Notes: a model not told the origin generated them from the letters alone. A DNA stretch of 64,000 nt from Candidatus Bathyarchaeota archaeon (GCA_016927015.1 JAFGNM010000117.1:29182-93181); one strand, 5' to 3'. Numbered from the stretch's first letter, positions 23,774 to 33,655 are shown. Numbers and translations are program-made.

Positions 23774-25426
23774 TCACTGGGTGTGCTTTTTGTCTTGTTC
23801 GTGGTTTGTTCTGAGGGTTGTCATTAGTTTTTCGATGATGTTTAGGATGATGTTGAATAGGCGGCGGAGTGGGCCGAGTGCGGTGAACATTTCGCGGAGG
23901 TTGCTTATGTCTGTTCTGTTGAATGTTTTTGTGAGTATTGCGGCTGTGAGGTAGGTTGGTGTGAAGATGGCTACGCCGATGATTAGTCGTGTGAGGCTGG
24001 TGAAGGAGTTGAGTTGGGTGAGGATGGCGTAGGTTAGTGTTGCGGCTGTGGCGGAGGATAGGAGGATTTTGGTTGATGATTTCCAGTGTACGGTTAAGTT
24101 GTAGCGTTTTTTTATGAAGATAAGTGCTATGGTGATGGCTGGGATGCTTGTGGCTAAGGTTGTGATAATTAAGCCTAGGACGCCGTAGTTTGAGATGAGG
24201 ATGAAGCCGAGGGGGAAGCCTATGGCTGCGGTGATTACGGTTAATATGAGGTTGAAGGTTGTTTGGCCTTGGCCGTTTATGAGGCTGCCGATGCTTAGGT
24301 TGCCCAGTGCTGTGTATAGGTAGGTGATGGCGAGTAACGCGAGGAATAGGGGTGCTTCGGCGTATGTGTTTCCGAATAGTGTGGAGATGGCGGGTTGGGC
24401 GAGGGCCATGATCATGGCTGCGACGGGTACGACGAGGAGGGAGGCGTATTTCACTGATGTTTGGAAGACGTTTTTGAGGGTTTCAGAGTCTCTTTGGTGG
24501 TCAAGTTTTGAGAATGCTGGGAAGAGCATGGTGGTTACGGGCATGGCGAAGAAGGTGATGAGGACGACGAAGTTTTGGGCCATGGCGTAGTTGCCAATGA
24601 GGGCGTCGTCTGGAACGTATATGTACAGGAGGAAGTTGTAGTACTGCGCGAGGAAGCCAGCTAGGATAACGCCGATTGAGAGTGGCAGACCGTATTTTAG
24701 CATGACTTTTACGTTTTGCCCAATCTCCAGTTTGCCTCCTTCTGGTTTGGGTAGCTTCTTGTAGATTGTGAACATGAGCAATACGCCGATTAGTCCGGTG
24801 AGGAGGGTGGCGACTGTGAAGCCGGTGATGGCTCCGTATGTGCCTAAGCCTAGGAGTACGAGTGCGATGATGAGGGCTGTTTTTAGGATGGATTGGCTTA
24901 CGAGCATGATGCTGTTGAGGTGCATTTTTTCGATACCGGTAAAGGCTGCTGTTGCGGTGCTCAATAGCGCGTTTGTTAGGATGCTTAGGGAGGCTATTTG
25001 GATGAGGGGTGTTATGGTGGGGCGGTTAAGAACGGTTACAGCTAGAACGTCTGATAGAAGGAAGCCGATTAGTGAGAGCGCTATGCCTAATGCGATTTCG
25101 AAAATTAGTCCAGACATGAAGATGCTTCGTATGTTGGCGGTTTTATCTTTGGTGTTGCTCTGGGCTGTGTAGCGTGTTATAGCGAAGTTTATGCCCCAGT
25201 CGCGGAACAGCGCGATCATCGTTGGCGCGGTTAGGGCGATGGCGTATAAGCCGTAGTTTTCTGGGCCGAGGAGCAAAGCGATGATTATGGTGCCCGCTGC
25301 CGAGATGACGGTGGACGCGACTAAACCCCACATGACGTGAAAACCGCCCTTAACTGAAACCTTCGCCATGTCTGCTGCCTTACTCATTCTGTATCTTTCC
25401 CTGTTTAATGTGAGCTTGTGATTCAA
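23774..25426 (-). CDS. Wzx-like oligosaccharide/polysaccharide flippase (MOP superfamily, Polysacc_synt-type)
   Basis: 550 aa with about 14 hydrophobic helices. The N-terminal KGGFHVMWGLVASTVISAAGTIIIALLLGPENYGLY pattern is typical of archaeal and bacterial Wzx-type transporters. Confidence 0.75.
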   Translation of the reverse strand: MNHKLTLNRERYRMSKAADMAKVSVKGGFHVMWGLVASTVISAAGTIIIALLLGPENYGLYAIALTAPTMIALFRDWGINFAITRYTAQSNTKDKTANIRSIFMSGLIFEIALGIALSLIGFLLSDVLAVTVLNRPTITPLIQIASLSILTNALLSTATAAFTGIEKMHLNSIMLVSQSILKTALIIALVLLGLGTYGAITGFTVATLLTGLIGVLLMFTIYKKLPKPEGGKLEIGQNVKVMLKYGLPLSIGVILAGFLAQYYNFLLYIYVPDDALIGNYAMAQNFVVLITFFAMPVTTMLFPAFSKLDHQRDSETLKNVFQTSVKYASLLVVPVAAMIMALAQPAISTLFGNTYAEAPLFLALLAITYLYTALGNLSIGSLINGQGQTTFNLILTVITAAIGFPLGFILISNYGVLGLIITTLATSIPAITIALIFIKKRYNLTVHWKSSTKILLSSATAATLTYAILTQLNSFTSLTRLIIGVAIFTPTYLTAAILTKTFNRTDISNLREMFTALGPLRRLFNIILNIIEKLMTTLRTNHEQDKKHTQ

Positions 25427-25710
25427 CTGATGTAAACGAAGTGGCGTTTATCGGTTTTGGTTAAAGCATGCGGTTTGGCGTATGCATCTTTCCCGTTTTA
25501 ATAGCGCATATTATTCTCTATAGTTTTTATCTTTTCAACGAGAAGTAGTAGTCCTGTAGCGCTTAGCGCCGACTACTTCTTTTTCAGCTCTCTCTATTTT
25601 TTGTCTGGTTGTGTTTTGGGCTGGTTTGTTGGTTCTGGGTTTGGAGTGGGTTTTTTGGGTGTCGTTTTTTGTCGTGGAGAGTCTTGTGTTGTCGTGTTTT
25701 GTCAGTGTTT

Positions 25711-26013
25711 ATGTGGGGGTTGTGGGTTGTGCCGTTGACTGAGGAGGTTACGTTCAAGGCGTGTTTGCAGAAGGGTAATAGGGTTCAGGTGCCTAAAGCC
25801 GTTCGCTGGCGGTTCAGGCTGGAATCCAATCAGGTTCTACGAGTGATGGTCTGCCCAGTGGATGTGCGGATGAGCTGGGAAACCTTTTATGGGCGAATGG
25901 ACAAGAGCGGACGCATAACCATACCCAAACTGACGCTCAGCCTACTGCAGAACAGAGCACGCCAGCAGACCCTAACGGGCGCGGCTATGGAAGTAACACT
26001 TGAACCCACATAA
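25711..26013 (+). CDS. AbrB/SpoVT-family DNA-binding protein (two swapped-hairpin halves)
   Basis: KGNRVQVPKAVRWRF and KSGRITIPKLTLSLL are AbrB-type looped-hinge motifs. The gene is GC-rich. The ORF-track N-terminus (25609-25710) is translated GT-rich leader. The start may be the ATG at 25711 or the GTG at 25729. Confidence 0.55.
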   Translation: MWGLWVVPLTEEVTFKACLQKGNRVQVPKAVRWRFRLESNQVLRVMVCPVDVRMSWETFYGRMDKSGRITIPKLTLSLLQNRARQQTLTGAAMEVTLEPT

Positions 26014-26170
26014 AAAACCTAAAAGGCACTAAAGACTTATCGACGCAGCAGGAGTACGTTGCCTTCACCCTTCTGCGGTTTTCAAATGAAGCTGCAAGGT
26101 TTTTTAGAGGCGCTAAAGCATTTCGCCTCTCAATTGCGCCAAAGCCTAGTCAACAGGTAAAGGCTTGCTC

Positions 26171-29100
26171 TTAAGCGCGTTTACGCCTTTTTTTAACAGC
26201 GTACACGGACACGCCAAGGAAAAAAATCACGTTGAATGCCACATTGTAAGAAGAACTCAATACTTCAACCCAGTTAATAGTTGGCTTAGATGTTGTTTCA
26301 TCAGCAAGGTTCAGAACAGTTCCTTCAGCTTTAAAATTTGAAAACATTGTTAGGGGGTAACTGATGTATAGAGTGTCGAATTTTACGTTACCTCGAATTT
26401 CAGCTTTCTGTTGGACAATACCTTCGAGCGGAACGTAAAGAGCAGAGTGCACATCAAGCTGGTCAAAGATGATTGTTCCAGAAGCGTTTATTGAGGGTAA
26501 TCTGGCATATATGGACAGCCCGCTGGTTTTGAATGTGAAGGAAACTGGCACATCAGAGTTATAAACGACCTCGTCATCTGCAACTATTAAAGCGTTCTTG
26601 TCAAGGAGCACTTCGCCTTCGATAGGATAACTTTCGGGTTTAATCAGCAGATATGATTCTGAGGGAGAAACTATTAACGTTGCGTTTTTAATCACCAAAT
26701 TGGTTTTACCGCAAATTTCAATTTCTGTAAATTGGTTGACTGAAAAAGGCGAGTTCGTCAAGTTTATTGTACCTTGCAACTTTAAAACATCCGTCTCGAG
26801 TTGTAAGTCACCTGTTACCTGCATGTAGCCAAAAGCTGAGTTGTACACTGGAAGTGCGTCTATCGGGGGGTAAGAGTAGTTTAGAGCTAAGAGGTCGTTG
26901 ACTTTATCTAAAAATTCTGTTTGCAATATTGCGGATTCGGTTCCAGCAGCTAACATAGGAAATGAGTTTACATAAAGTACCTGTCCTAAGCCGATTTGGG
27001 TCACGGACAGGAGAGGTGAGGAGTAGTTTATGCCTGTCAAACTCGCGAAGAAACCGTTTCCATAAGTGTTGAAAACAATTAAGGTATTACCAGCTGAAAC
27101 CCATTTTGAAAGGCTTTCAACAGGAATTGACGGGTCAGATGGTAGCATAATGTGCGTGTATTGATTGAGGTACGCATCCAGATTTTTGAAAGAAGTTTCA
27201 TCTACGTAGAGAGCTGAATAATTTGTGTGACGAAGAGAAACAAATAGTGAGGGTAAAACGTCCTCTTCTAAATAGAGTTCCGATGATATTTTTATGTTTT
27301 CGATTTGTGCGGAGGCAAAGGTTTGGGACGGTGAATTGTTGCGTGTCTCGACTATGGCCTCTATTCTCGTTATTATTTGGTTATCAGGTAAGGGGTATGA
27401 TTTTGTTGTGAAAGTTGTGTCGGCTAATTGTCCTTGGTAGAAAAAGAAACGTTTAGAGGCGTTTTGAATAATAATTGTAAACCAGGTGTTGTCGTTGTCT
27501 ACTTTGTATCGGAAGGATAAGATGGAATTTTTAGTTTGCAGGTTCAGAGGATACGAATAACTCACCCATGTGTTTCCGCTCTGATTTGAAAGAAGGTTTA
27601 TGTTGTAAACGTTTCCGTCAGAATACGCGTTACACTCGGATATATTTCCGTATTTTTGGTAGAATTCCCAATCTTTCATGAAAGTATCATCGTCAAACGT
27701 TGTTGTTGGAGCTGAAAACTGTATGAAATCCATATACGCCTGTGCGGTTGTCTCTATTGGTGCTTCATTAACGGTTTCCACAATAACTTCGATTTTGGTG
27801 ATAGTCTGGTTTTCGGGAAGAGTAAATCTTTTTGTTGTGAAGTCGGTGGCAGATAAGTGTCCAGAGTAAAAGAATACGTGGTCTGTTGAATTCCTTAGCT
27901 GAAAGGTAAACCATGCTAGATTGTTTTCCACATGGTATCTGAAGGAAAGCGTTTGGTAAAATGTGGTATTTAGAGAGAGTCCTGAACTGGACCAACCTGC
28001 CCAAATGTTACCTGTTTGATTCGAAGTTACTGATGTAGCCATGATTCCGTTGGAAACCTCTAGTTCGTAATCGCTAATGTTTCCATATTGCTTAAACGCG
28101 CTCCACCCTTGTGTGAAGGAGTCATCTATCCATGTTGTATTCTCAAGGTTGGAAATTGAAGGAGCGAAATTTAAAACGCCGAGGGATGCTTCTTGTGATG
28201 GCGGGGTTAAAGATGGAACTTCGTATATAGTCACATGATCGTTTTTCATAACTGTTGGAAAATATTCAAAGAAGTAGCCTAATGTATTTGAGTTCAGAAG
28301 GTCAGCATCTCTTTGTGCAATGTAGATGTACTTAATGTTAGATGAGCCTAGAATGTAGTTTATTATGTATGGGTTAGATGTTGAGAGTAGAAGTTTAGAC
28401 CAGCGTTGGGCGTCTTGTACAGCGTTCAACCCTGCATAGTTTTCGAGGTTATTGGCTGACTCGGTGGTGAAAGTCAGAACGCTTGCGTTAGTTGGAGTAT
28501 TTTGTTTAATGTAGTCGAGAGCGGAAGATTCGTCTTGTGTTATTTGGTTATTTATGGAGTAATAGGACGCATTGGCGTAGAATAAAGTAGTGCTGATCAT
28601 TCCAGAAAGTATGAGAAAGCCGAGAAGTGCAGATGCAATTATCTTACTTTTGGGTGATTGCTTTACTTTGTCTATAATCTTTGTAAAGCCGTATGCCGCT
28701 ATTATACAAGCACCGATAAAAATCAGGGTTCCATATCTGTAAGCAGGATAATAGGGGTAGTAATTAGCTGTTTGCTCTAACAAGAAACCTGTTGGAATTA
28801 AAATAAGGAAGAAAAGCAATGCTTTATTTTGTATAATTTTCTTGAAATAAATGATGATGGAGAGGACCGCTAATAGACCCACTGCGCCAAGCCGCACAGG
28901 CAGTACAAAAAACGGTGTGAAAGTTAAACCGCCCCATGCCCAAAGATTAAAATCGTTTACGACTGTGAGCCAAATTATAAAAAGGAGCAGGTAGGCATAT
29001 AATAAAACCCACCTTAAATACATCCAGCTTTTTCCCAACTTTTCCAAGAAAGAATCCTGAATATTCTTTGAAAAAAGAAGTGCACACCTATCTTTCGCTA

Positions 29101-30544
29101 ACTCTGCAATATTTGTTATAATAGCTAACATTAAGACAACAACAAAAGTGGAAGAAACAACATTACCTGCGCCTATAACGTACCTCTGAGCTGGAGCGAT
29201 AAAATCGAATAGGGCCACTACGACTAAACCTAGAACTAAGTATGGACCTATTTTCATTTCGTTTCTTTGCCTTAGAACCAGAATATATACAAAAAGAAGG
29301 ATTATGAAAAAGAAAATTTCAGATGCATGGGCCAAGTATCCGAGAATTACCAGAATGGATATGATTGCGCCCTTTGTAAAATGGGGGGCCTCTTTTTTTA
29401 GAAAATAGAGAAGTGCGAATAAAACAGGTAACCCTATTTGCCATAGCGGAGCAACAATGTCGGGTAAGTAGAGGATACGCATGGAAATGTCATATGTTTT
29501 GGAAGTTGTTGTACTCAAAAGCTGAACGATACTGGTATAGGTGGGGTTTACCAATGTTAGATACAAGGCGTATAATCCTCCAAAACCTAGAAGAAGCGAA
29601 AGCACAGCAACTATCAACGGTAATCTTCTGTCCGAGTTCTTACTGAGCCAAACTTTAATTGATGAATAGAATGCCAAGAGTGGCATGAAGCTTAGGATGT
29701 ACAAACCTTGTATAGCTATTGCCGGAGGAATACCAGACAAAACGAATAGAGCATTTAGGTAAATTTCAAACAAATACCCCCCAGTACCAATTACCAAATC
29801 TTCACCATAAACAGGGAAACCATTGGAGAAGTCTAATGCAGTTCCGTAATGACGTCCCATGTCCCCCGATGTTAAGGGCATGTTGTTGATCATTACTAAA
29901 ACGGAGGCTACTGTTACCACAGCTAACATTGATAATATAAGCCCGATTTCGCGCCAATGTAAGTTTATTAGGTGATTTCGTGGTTTTTCCCGATTTACAA
30001 GGTAATTGGCAATAATTAGGGCTATATTAATTGCCGCTACTATGGGTAGTACTAATGCTTCTAAAGGATTCGTTGATAGTAAAATGAAAAAACCAACAAG
30101 AAAGGTTATGAAGAGACTTAACAGGTATGATAAAACAATGGTAATGCTGCTGCTATTAATAACGCGCTTTCTGTCAAAGATTTTTAGTAAGAAATAGCCT
30201 GGAAGAAAACTTGTTAATGCCAGAGCGGATAAATACCTTAACCAATTTAAAGGTGAAATTTCCGCGAAATCAAGCATTGACCCACTAAACGGTGGGATGA
30301 AGACCAAGATTATTGCAAGAATTGTGATGAGATAAATTGCTTCAGCCCTAACGCTTAGTCTTTTTGAGATAGAAAACTCGTTTTCAGGTTTTACAAAACT
30401 GAATAATAAAGAAATCAATAATGAAAACGGAATTCCAACATAAAGAATAATCCACTCGTTAAAAAGTAAAGATGCCGCTAAAAAAATAGATAAGGAAGCA
30501 ATGAAGAATACGCTGAACACTAGCATTTCCTTATTTTTAGTCAT
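26171..30544 (-). CDS. 1457-aa polytopic membrane protein (GT-C-like N-terminal half) with a large extracellular C-terminal region containing two tandem ~138-aa modules and a terminal TM anchor
   Basis: About 650 aa of densely packed TM helices are followed by ALDYIKQNTPTNASVL, the arrangement seen after the last TM of GT-C enzymes. Tandem modules lie at nt ~27715-28130 and ~27285-27700 (DDSFTQGWSAFKQYGNIS... versus DDTFMKDWEFYQKYGNIS...). The tail is VIFFLGVSVYAVKKRRKRA. Confidence 0.8.
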   Translation of the reverse strand: MTKNKEMLVFSVFFIASLSIFLAASLLFNEWIILYVGIPFSLLISLLFSFVKPENEFSISKRLSVRAEAIYLITILAIILVFIPPFSGSMLDFAEISPLNWLRYLSALALTSFLPGYFLLKIFDRKRVINSSSITIVLSYLLSLFITFLVGFFILLSTNPLEALVLPIVAAINIALIIANYLVNREKPRNHLINLHWREIGLILSMLAVVTVASVLVMINNMPLTSGDMGRHYGTALDFSNGFPVYGEDLVIGTGGYLFEIYLNALFVLSGIPPAIAIQGLYILSFMPLLAFYSSIKVWLSKNSDRRLPLIVAVLSLLLGFGGLYALYLTLVNPTYTSIVQLLSTTTSKTYDISMRILYLPDIVAPLWQIGLPVLFALLYFLKKEAPHFTKGAIISILVILGYLAHASEIFFFIILLFVYILVLRQRNEMKIGPYLVLGLVVVALFDFIAPAQRYVIGAGNVVSSTFVVVLMLAIITNIAELAKDRCALLFSKNIQDSFLEKLGKSWMYLRWVLLYAYLLLFIIWLTVVNDFNLWAWGGLTFTPFFVLPVRLGAVGLLAVLSIIIYFKKIIQNKALLFFLILIPTGFLLEQTANYYPYYPAYRYGTLIFIGACIIAAYGFTKIIDKVKQSPKSKIIASALLGFLILSGMISTTLFYANASYYSINNQITQDESSALDYIKQNTPTNASVLTFTTESANNLENYAGLNAVQDAQRWSKLLLSTSNPYIINYILGSSNIKYIYIAQRDADLLNSNTLGYFFEYFPTVMKNDHVTIYEVPSLTPPSQEASLGVLNFAPSISNLENTTWIDDSFTQGWSAFKQYGNISDYELEVSNGIMATSVTSNQTGNIWAGWSSSGLSLNTTFYQTLSFRYHVENNLAWFTFQLRNSTDHVFFYSGHLSATDFTTKRFTLPENQTITKIEVIVETVNEAPIETTAQAYMDFIQFSAPTTTFDDDTFMKDWEFYQKYGNISECNAYSDGNVYNINLLSNQSGNTWVSYSYPLNLQTKNSILSFRYKVDNDNTWFTIIIQNASKRFFFYQGQLADTTFTTKSYPLPDNQIITRIEAIVETRNNSPSQTFASAQIENIKISSELYLEEDVLPSLFVSLRHTNYSALYVDETSFKNLDAYLNQYTHIMLPSDPSIPVESLSKWVSAGNTLIVFNTYGNGFFASLTGINYSSPLLSVTQIGLGQVLYVNSFPMLAAGTESAILQTEFLDKVNDLLALNYSYPPIDALPVYNSAFGYMQVTGDLQLETDVLKLQGTINLTNSPFSVNQFTEIEICGKTNLVIKNATLIVSPSESYLLIKPESYPIEGEVLLDKNALIVADDEVVYNSDVPVSFTFKTSGLSIYARLPSINASGTIIFDQLDVHSALYVPLEGIVQQKAEIRGNVKFDTLYISYPLTMFSNFKAEGTVLNLADETTSKPTINWVEVLSSSYNVAFNVIFFLGVSVYAVKKRRKRA

Positions 30545-30577
30545 TTGCAGGCCTATGTTTTTGACTCTATGATTGGG

Positions 30578-31441
30578 TTATCCAAGCTTTCTTGCTATAA
30601 GAACAATATACGGTGAAAAGACATCTGAATTGAGAAAAATGGTCAAGTAACCAACGAATACATTAATTGCGCTAAAAATAGAAGTGAGAAAGCGACTTCT
30701 AAAAGGTAGCATCATTGTGAGGTTTATGGGCCCAACGTAATTTAAAAGGTCAACCTGAAGGTTAAATTCTTCCAAATATTCTTTGAATTTTGGTATTTCC
30801 ATTAACTCCGTATTATGCGTTTTTAATAATTCGCGTTCAGCACTCATTTTTCGTTGATACCATTTTCTATACAATGATCCATTTGCATAATTCGGCATCA
30901 TAATTATTAAAAATCCGCCTTTTATGATCATTTCTAAGTGGATGCGAATTATCTCAGTTGGATCTGTAAAATGTTCAACAACACCTGCAGAAAAAACTAC
31001 ATTAAAATATTCAAGATATTTAGTTTGAAATCCTTTAGTGAATATGTCTTCGCAGATAATTGTTCCCTCGACGCCGTTTTTACTTAGCGCCTCTTTGGTA
31101 ACTTCACATCCTTTTTTGGAATAATCAACCCCATAAACCTCAAAATCGAATTCTCGTTGAAAATATACCAACCAGTCACCAGGGGCGCATCCAATATCTA
31201 GAATCTTATTTGTCTCCTTTTGCATCATTCTTTTGAAAATCAGATCAAGTCTATACTTGAGGGGTGATTTCATAATTCTGCGTAGTTTGTTATTGACTGT
31301 TTTGATCGCGCGATTCTGGCTTTCCGACATTTTGTGTTTTTTATGCCATGAATCCCAATGTTCGTTGCTCGTCTTTACTCCATTACTATGATCTGCTCTT
31401 ACTCTAGAAATTATTTGCGAAAACAATGACTTGCTACTCAT
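30578..31441 (-). CDS. class I SAM-dependent methyltransferase
   Basis: Motif I is ILDIGCAPGDWLVY. The post-I acidic residue is in YGVDYS. Motif III-like sequence is FNVVFSAGVVEHF. Confidence 0.8.
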   Translation of the reverse strand: MSSKSLFSQIISRVRADHSNGVKTSNEHWDSWHKKHKMSESQNRAIKTVNNKLRRIMKSPLKYRLDLIFKRMMQKETNKILDIGCAPGDWLVYFQREFDFEVYGVDYSKKGCEVTKEALSKNGVEGTIICEDIFTKGFQTKYLEYFNVVFSAGVVEHFTDPTEIIRIHLEMIIKGGFLIIMMPNYANGSLYRKWYQRKMSAERELLKTHNTELMEIPKFKEYLEEFNLQVDLLNYVGPINLTMMLPFRSRFLTSIFSAINVFVGYLTIFLNSDVFSPYIVLIARKLG

Positions 31442-31449
31442 TTGTAAAA

Positions 31450-32610
31450 TTAACTCTCTTTGGGCAATTGGTTTTGTTTAGCCGCTTCCATTTTCTGACA
31501 CATCATCATTATTCTTCTATTAACCTGATTCAGATCGAAGTTCTTTGAAATTTTTATACATTCTTTTTTAACTTTCTCTGGTTCCAAATTTAGTATGTCG
31601 GTTATTGCAATGGCAAAACTTTCCTCGTTTCTTTCCACTATTCGCCCAATCCACTCATTTGTAATTATCTTTTGAACATCACCGACATTCGTAGATACTA
31701 CAGGAACCCCACAAGCAAAAGCCTCTCGTACGATATTGGGACTTGCTTCAGATACAGAGCATAAAACCACTACATCCGCACAGTTCAATATTTCCGGAAT
31801 TTTTCGTGGATTTTGAAAACCCATAAAGACAACATCTGTTAATTCAAATTCTTCGGTCAATCTCCTTAAACGGGTTTCATCACTACCACGACCTACAATA
31901 ACCAATTTTGCATTTGGCTCCATTTCCTTCACTGACTTAAAAGATTTAATAAGAAAATCAAGACCTTTTATCCTCTCAACTCGCCCCGCAAACAAAATAA
32001 TCTTATCCTCTGGATCAAATCCATATTTCTTGCGAGTTGTTTTTTTATCCATGGGTTTGAATTTGCTTAAATCAATACCTACGGGTATCACAATGACGTT
32101 TTTCGTTATATTTGGATACTGGCTTACATAGTACTGTTTTGTAGATTCGTCTACAGGCATAAGTAGATCTACCTTTCTTATCAAAACTGACTCGAATCTT
32201 TTATAAAAAAATGAAAACGGCTTAAGAAATTGTGGATAATGTAATTTCACCCAAAAAAGCGGCATTGAGCCGGTTCTCAAGACTTTCGGGTTTTTGGGAC
32301 ATAATAATATGAATGGAAGCAAGTACATCAAGCGATAGGAAAGTATCGTTGCTGAGCTAGGTAGTTTAAGGAAGGGTATTCTGAGCATCATTCCCAAAGC
32401 GAATCTGAATCCAAAAAATGTGCCAGTGTTCAATATGGGGATAAAGTCGAAATCATTTGAGGACCCATTATTATTTTGAATTTTAACACCAAAGAAAGTT
32501 GTTGTCACGCCTTTTTTTGTAAAATATTCCAAAAAATTAAGCGTTTGTCTTGCATCCCCACCTATCGAAGGTGATGAAGGGTCTGAAGGATGTACCAATA
32601 TTATCTTCAA
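31450..32610 (-). CDS. GT4-family glycosyltransferase
   Basis: ILFAGRVERIKGLDFLI...VVLCSVSEASPNIVREAFACGVPVVSTNVGD is the Glycos_transf_1 EX7E region. Confidence 0.85.
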   Translation of the reverse strand: MKIILVHPSDPSSPSIGGDARQTLNFLEYFTKKGVTTTFFGVKIQNNNGSSNDFDFIPILNTGTFFGFRFALGMMLRIPFLKLPSSATILSYRLMYLLPFILLCPKNPKVLRTGSMPLFWVKLHYPQFLKPFSFFYKRFESVLIRKVDLLMPVDESTKQYYVSQYPNITKNVIVIPVGIDLSKFKPMDKKTTRKKYGFDPEDKIILFAGRVERIKGLDFLIKSFKSVKEMEPNAKLVIVGRGSDETRLRRLTEEFELTDVVFMGFQNPRKIPEILNCADVVVLCSVSEASPNIVREAFACGVPVVSTNVGDVQKIITNEWIGRIVERNEESFAIAITDILNLEPEKVKKECIKISKNFDLNQVNRRIMMMCQKMEAAKQNQLPKES

Positions 32611-32653
32611 ATTTGCACCGCGTTATTAGAGTAGATTAAAAGTTACCAAACTA

Positions 32654-33655
32654 TTAGGACTTATTAAAGCTAAGAGTAGTTATTAATGAAGTCATATGTG
32701 ATTCGATTTCTACATCAGATGCGAGTCTTGTTGATTGCACTTTGGTTCTTTCCATCATAATAATCTTAATCCGTTCAATATTCCATACAACGGCTCTAAG
32801 CAACGAATTAAGATAGGCTTTCCTAAATTTATAGGACAAATAGATACAGGTACAAAACATAAGCGTTATTGATATTGGAAGTCTCTTCATTACCCTCGAT
32901 AATGAGTAATTTTTGGACAACACGTAAAGTCTTTCCCTGAAACTTTGATAAGTTAGTTTAAGATGAGGAAATAATGAATTTACAGTGTGACTTCCGAAAT
33001 GGAAGCAAACCGATTTCAGATTTACCGCAATCTTGTAGCCAAGAAGACGTATGCGCCACCCCAAATCATAATCTCCATAAAACAAATTCTCATCAAATCC
33101 ATTACATCTAAGTAGAATCTCCTTTCGGATAATCACTGATGCTCCACTAGGATAAAACATAGTATCAATCAAAATATCATTAGTGACGTTATCATGATTT
33201 GACAGATTACACTTTGGTGAAGGCCACCCGTATGCATCAAATGAATGCCCTATGTTTTGCACGTTATTTATATGCGCAGAAACAAGTTTGCTTTGACAAG
33301 CGCCAACTTCATTATAAGCATCAAGAACCCTGACAAGTTCTTCTAACCACCTTGAATCAACAAAAGTGTCATTGTTCAAAAATACAATATATTCACAAGT
33401 CGTATGTGTTAATCCAACATTGTTACCTCTACAAAACCCAGTGTTCTCTTTGTTCACAATAACCTTTACACTAATTGGATAGTCGCGTATTGTTTTCAAC
33501 GTATTTGCTAAAACATCAAGACTGTTATCTGTGGATGCGTTATCCACAAAAATTATTTCAAAATCGTTAAACGTCTGTTCAGCTAATGAGGTAAACAGCT
33601 TCTTAATGAAGTGAGCACCGTTATAGTTCAATATTATCACAGCAACTTTTTTCAC
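32654..33655 (-). CDS. GT2-family glycosyltransferase
   Basis: VAVIILNYNGAHFIKKLFTSLAEQTFNDFEIIFVDNASTDNS is a GT-A N-terminal signature. A DxD-like motif (NNDT) is present. Confidence 0.85.
   Translation of the reverse strand: MKKVAVIILNYNGAHFIKKLFTSLAEQTFNDFEIIFVDNASTDNSLDVLANTLKTIRDYPISVKVIVNKENTGFCRGNNVGLTHTTCEYIVFLNNDTFVDSRWLEELVRVLDAYNEVGACQSKLVSAHINNVQNIGHSFDAYGWPSPKCNLSNHDNVTNDILIDTMFYPSGASVIIRKEILLRCNGFDENLFYGDYDLGWRIRLLGYKIAVNLKSVCFHFGSHTVNSLFPHLKLTYQSFRERLYVLSKNYSLSRVMKRLPISITLMFCTCIYLSYKFRKAYLNSLLRAVVWNIERIKIIMMERTKVQSTRLASDVEIESHMTSLITTLSFNKS

Noticed and set aside
12950-23800. Search for an integrase or recombinase that would make the tRNA-fragment repeats a classical integrated element
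   Set aside because: No tyrosine-recombinase, serine-recombinase or SSV-type integrase motifs were seen in any frame of the listed ORFs. The region is therefore described only as remnants and not as an active element.
24324-25172. Plus-strand ORFs 24324-24590 and 24768-25172
   Set aside because: They are antisense to the flippase gene, whose frame gives continuous TM-helix periodicity. They are shadows in GC-rich DNA.
26171-30544. Calling this protein (or 42432-44024) the oligosaccharyltransferase AglB/STT3
   Set aside because: Neither translation contains the WWDYG motif, nor a close variant at the expected position after the last TM helix. Both were left as generic GT-C-like proteins.
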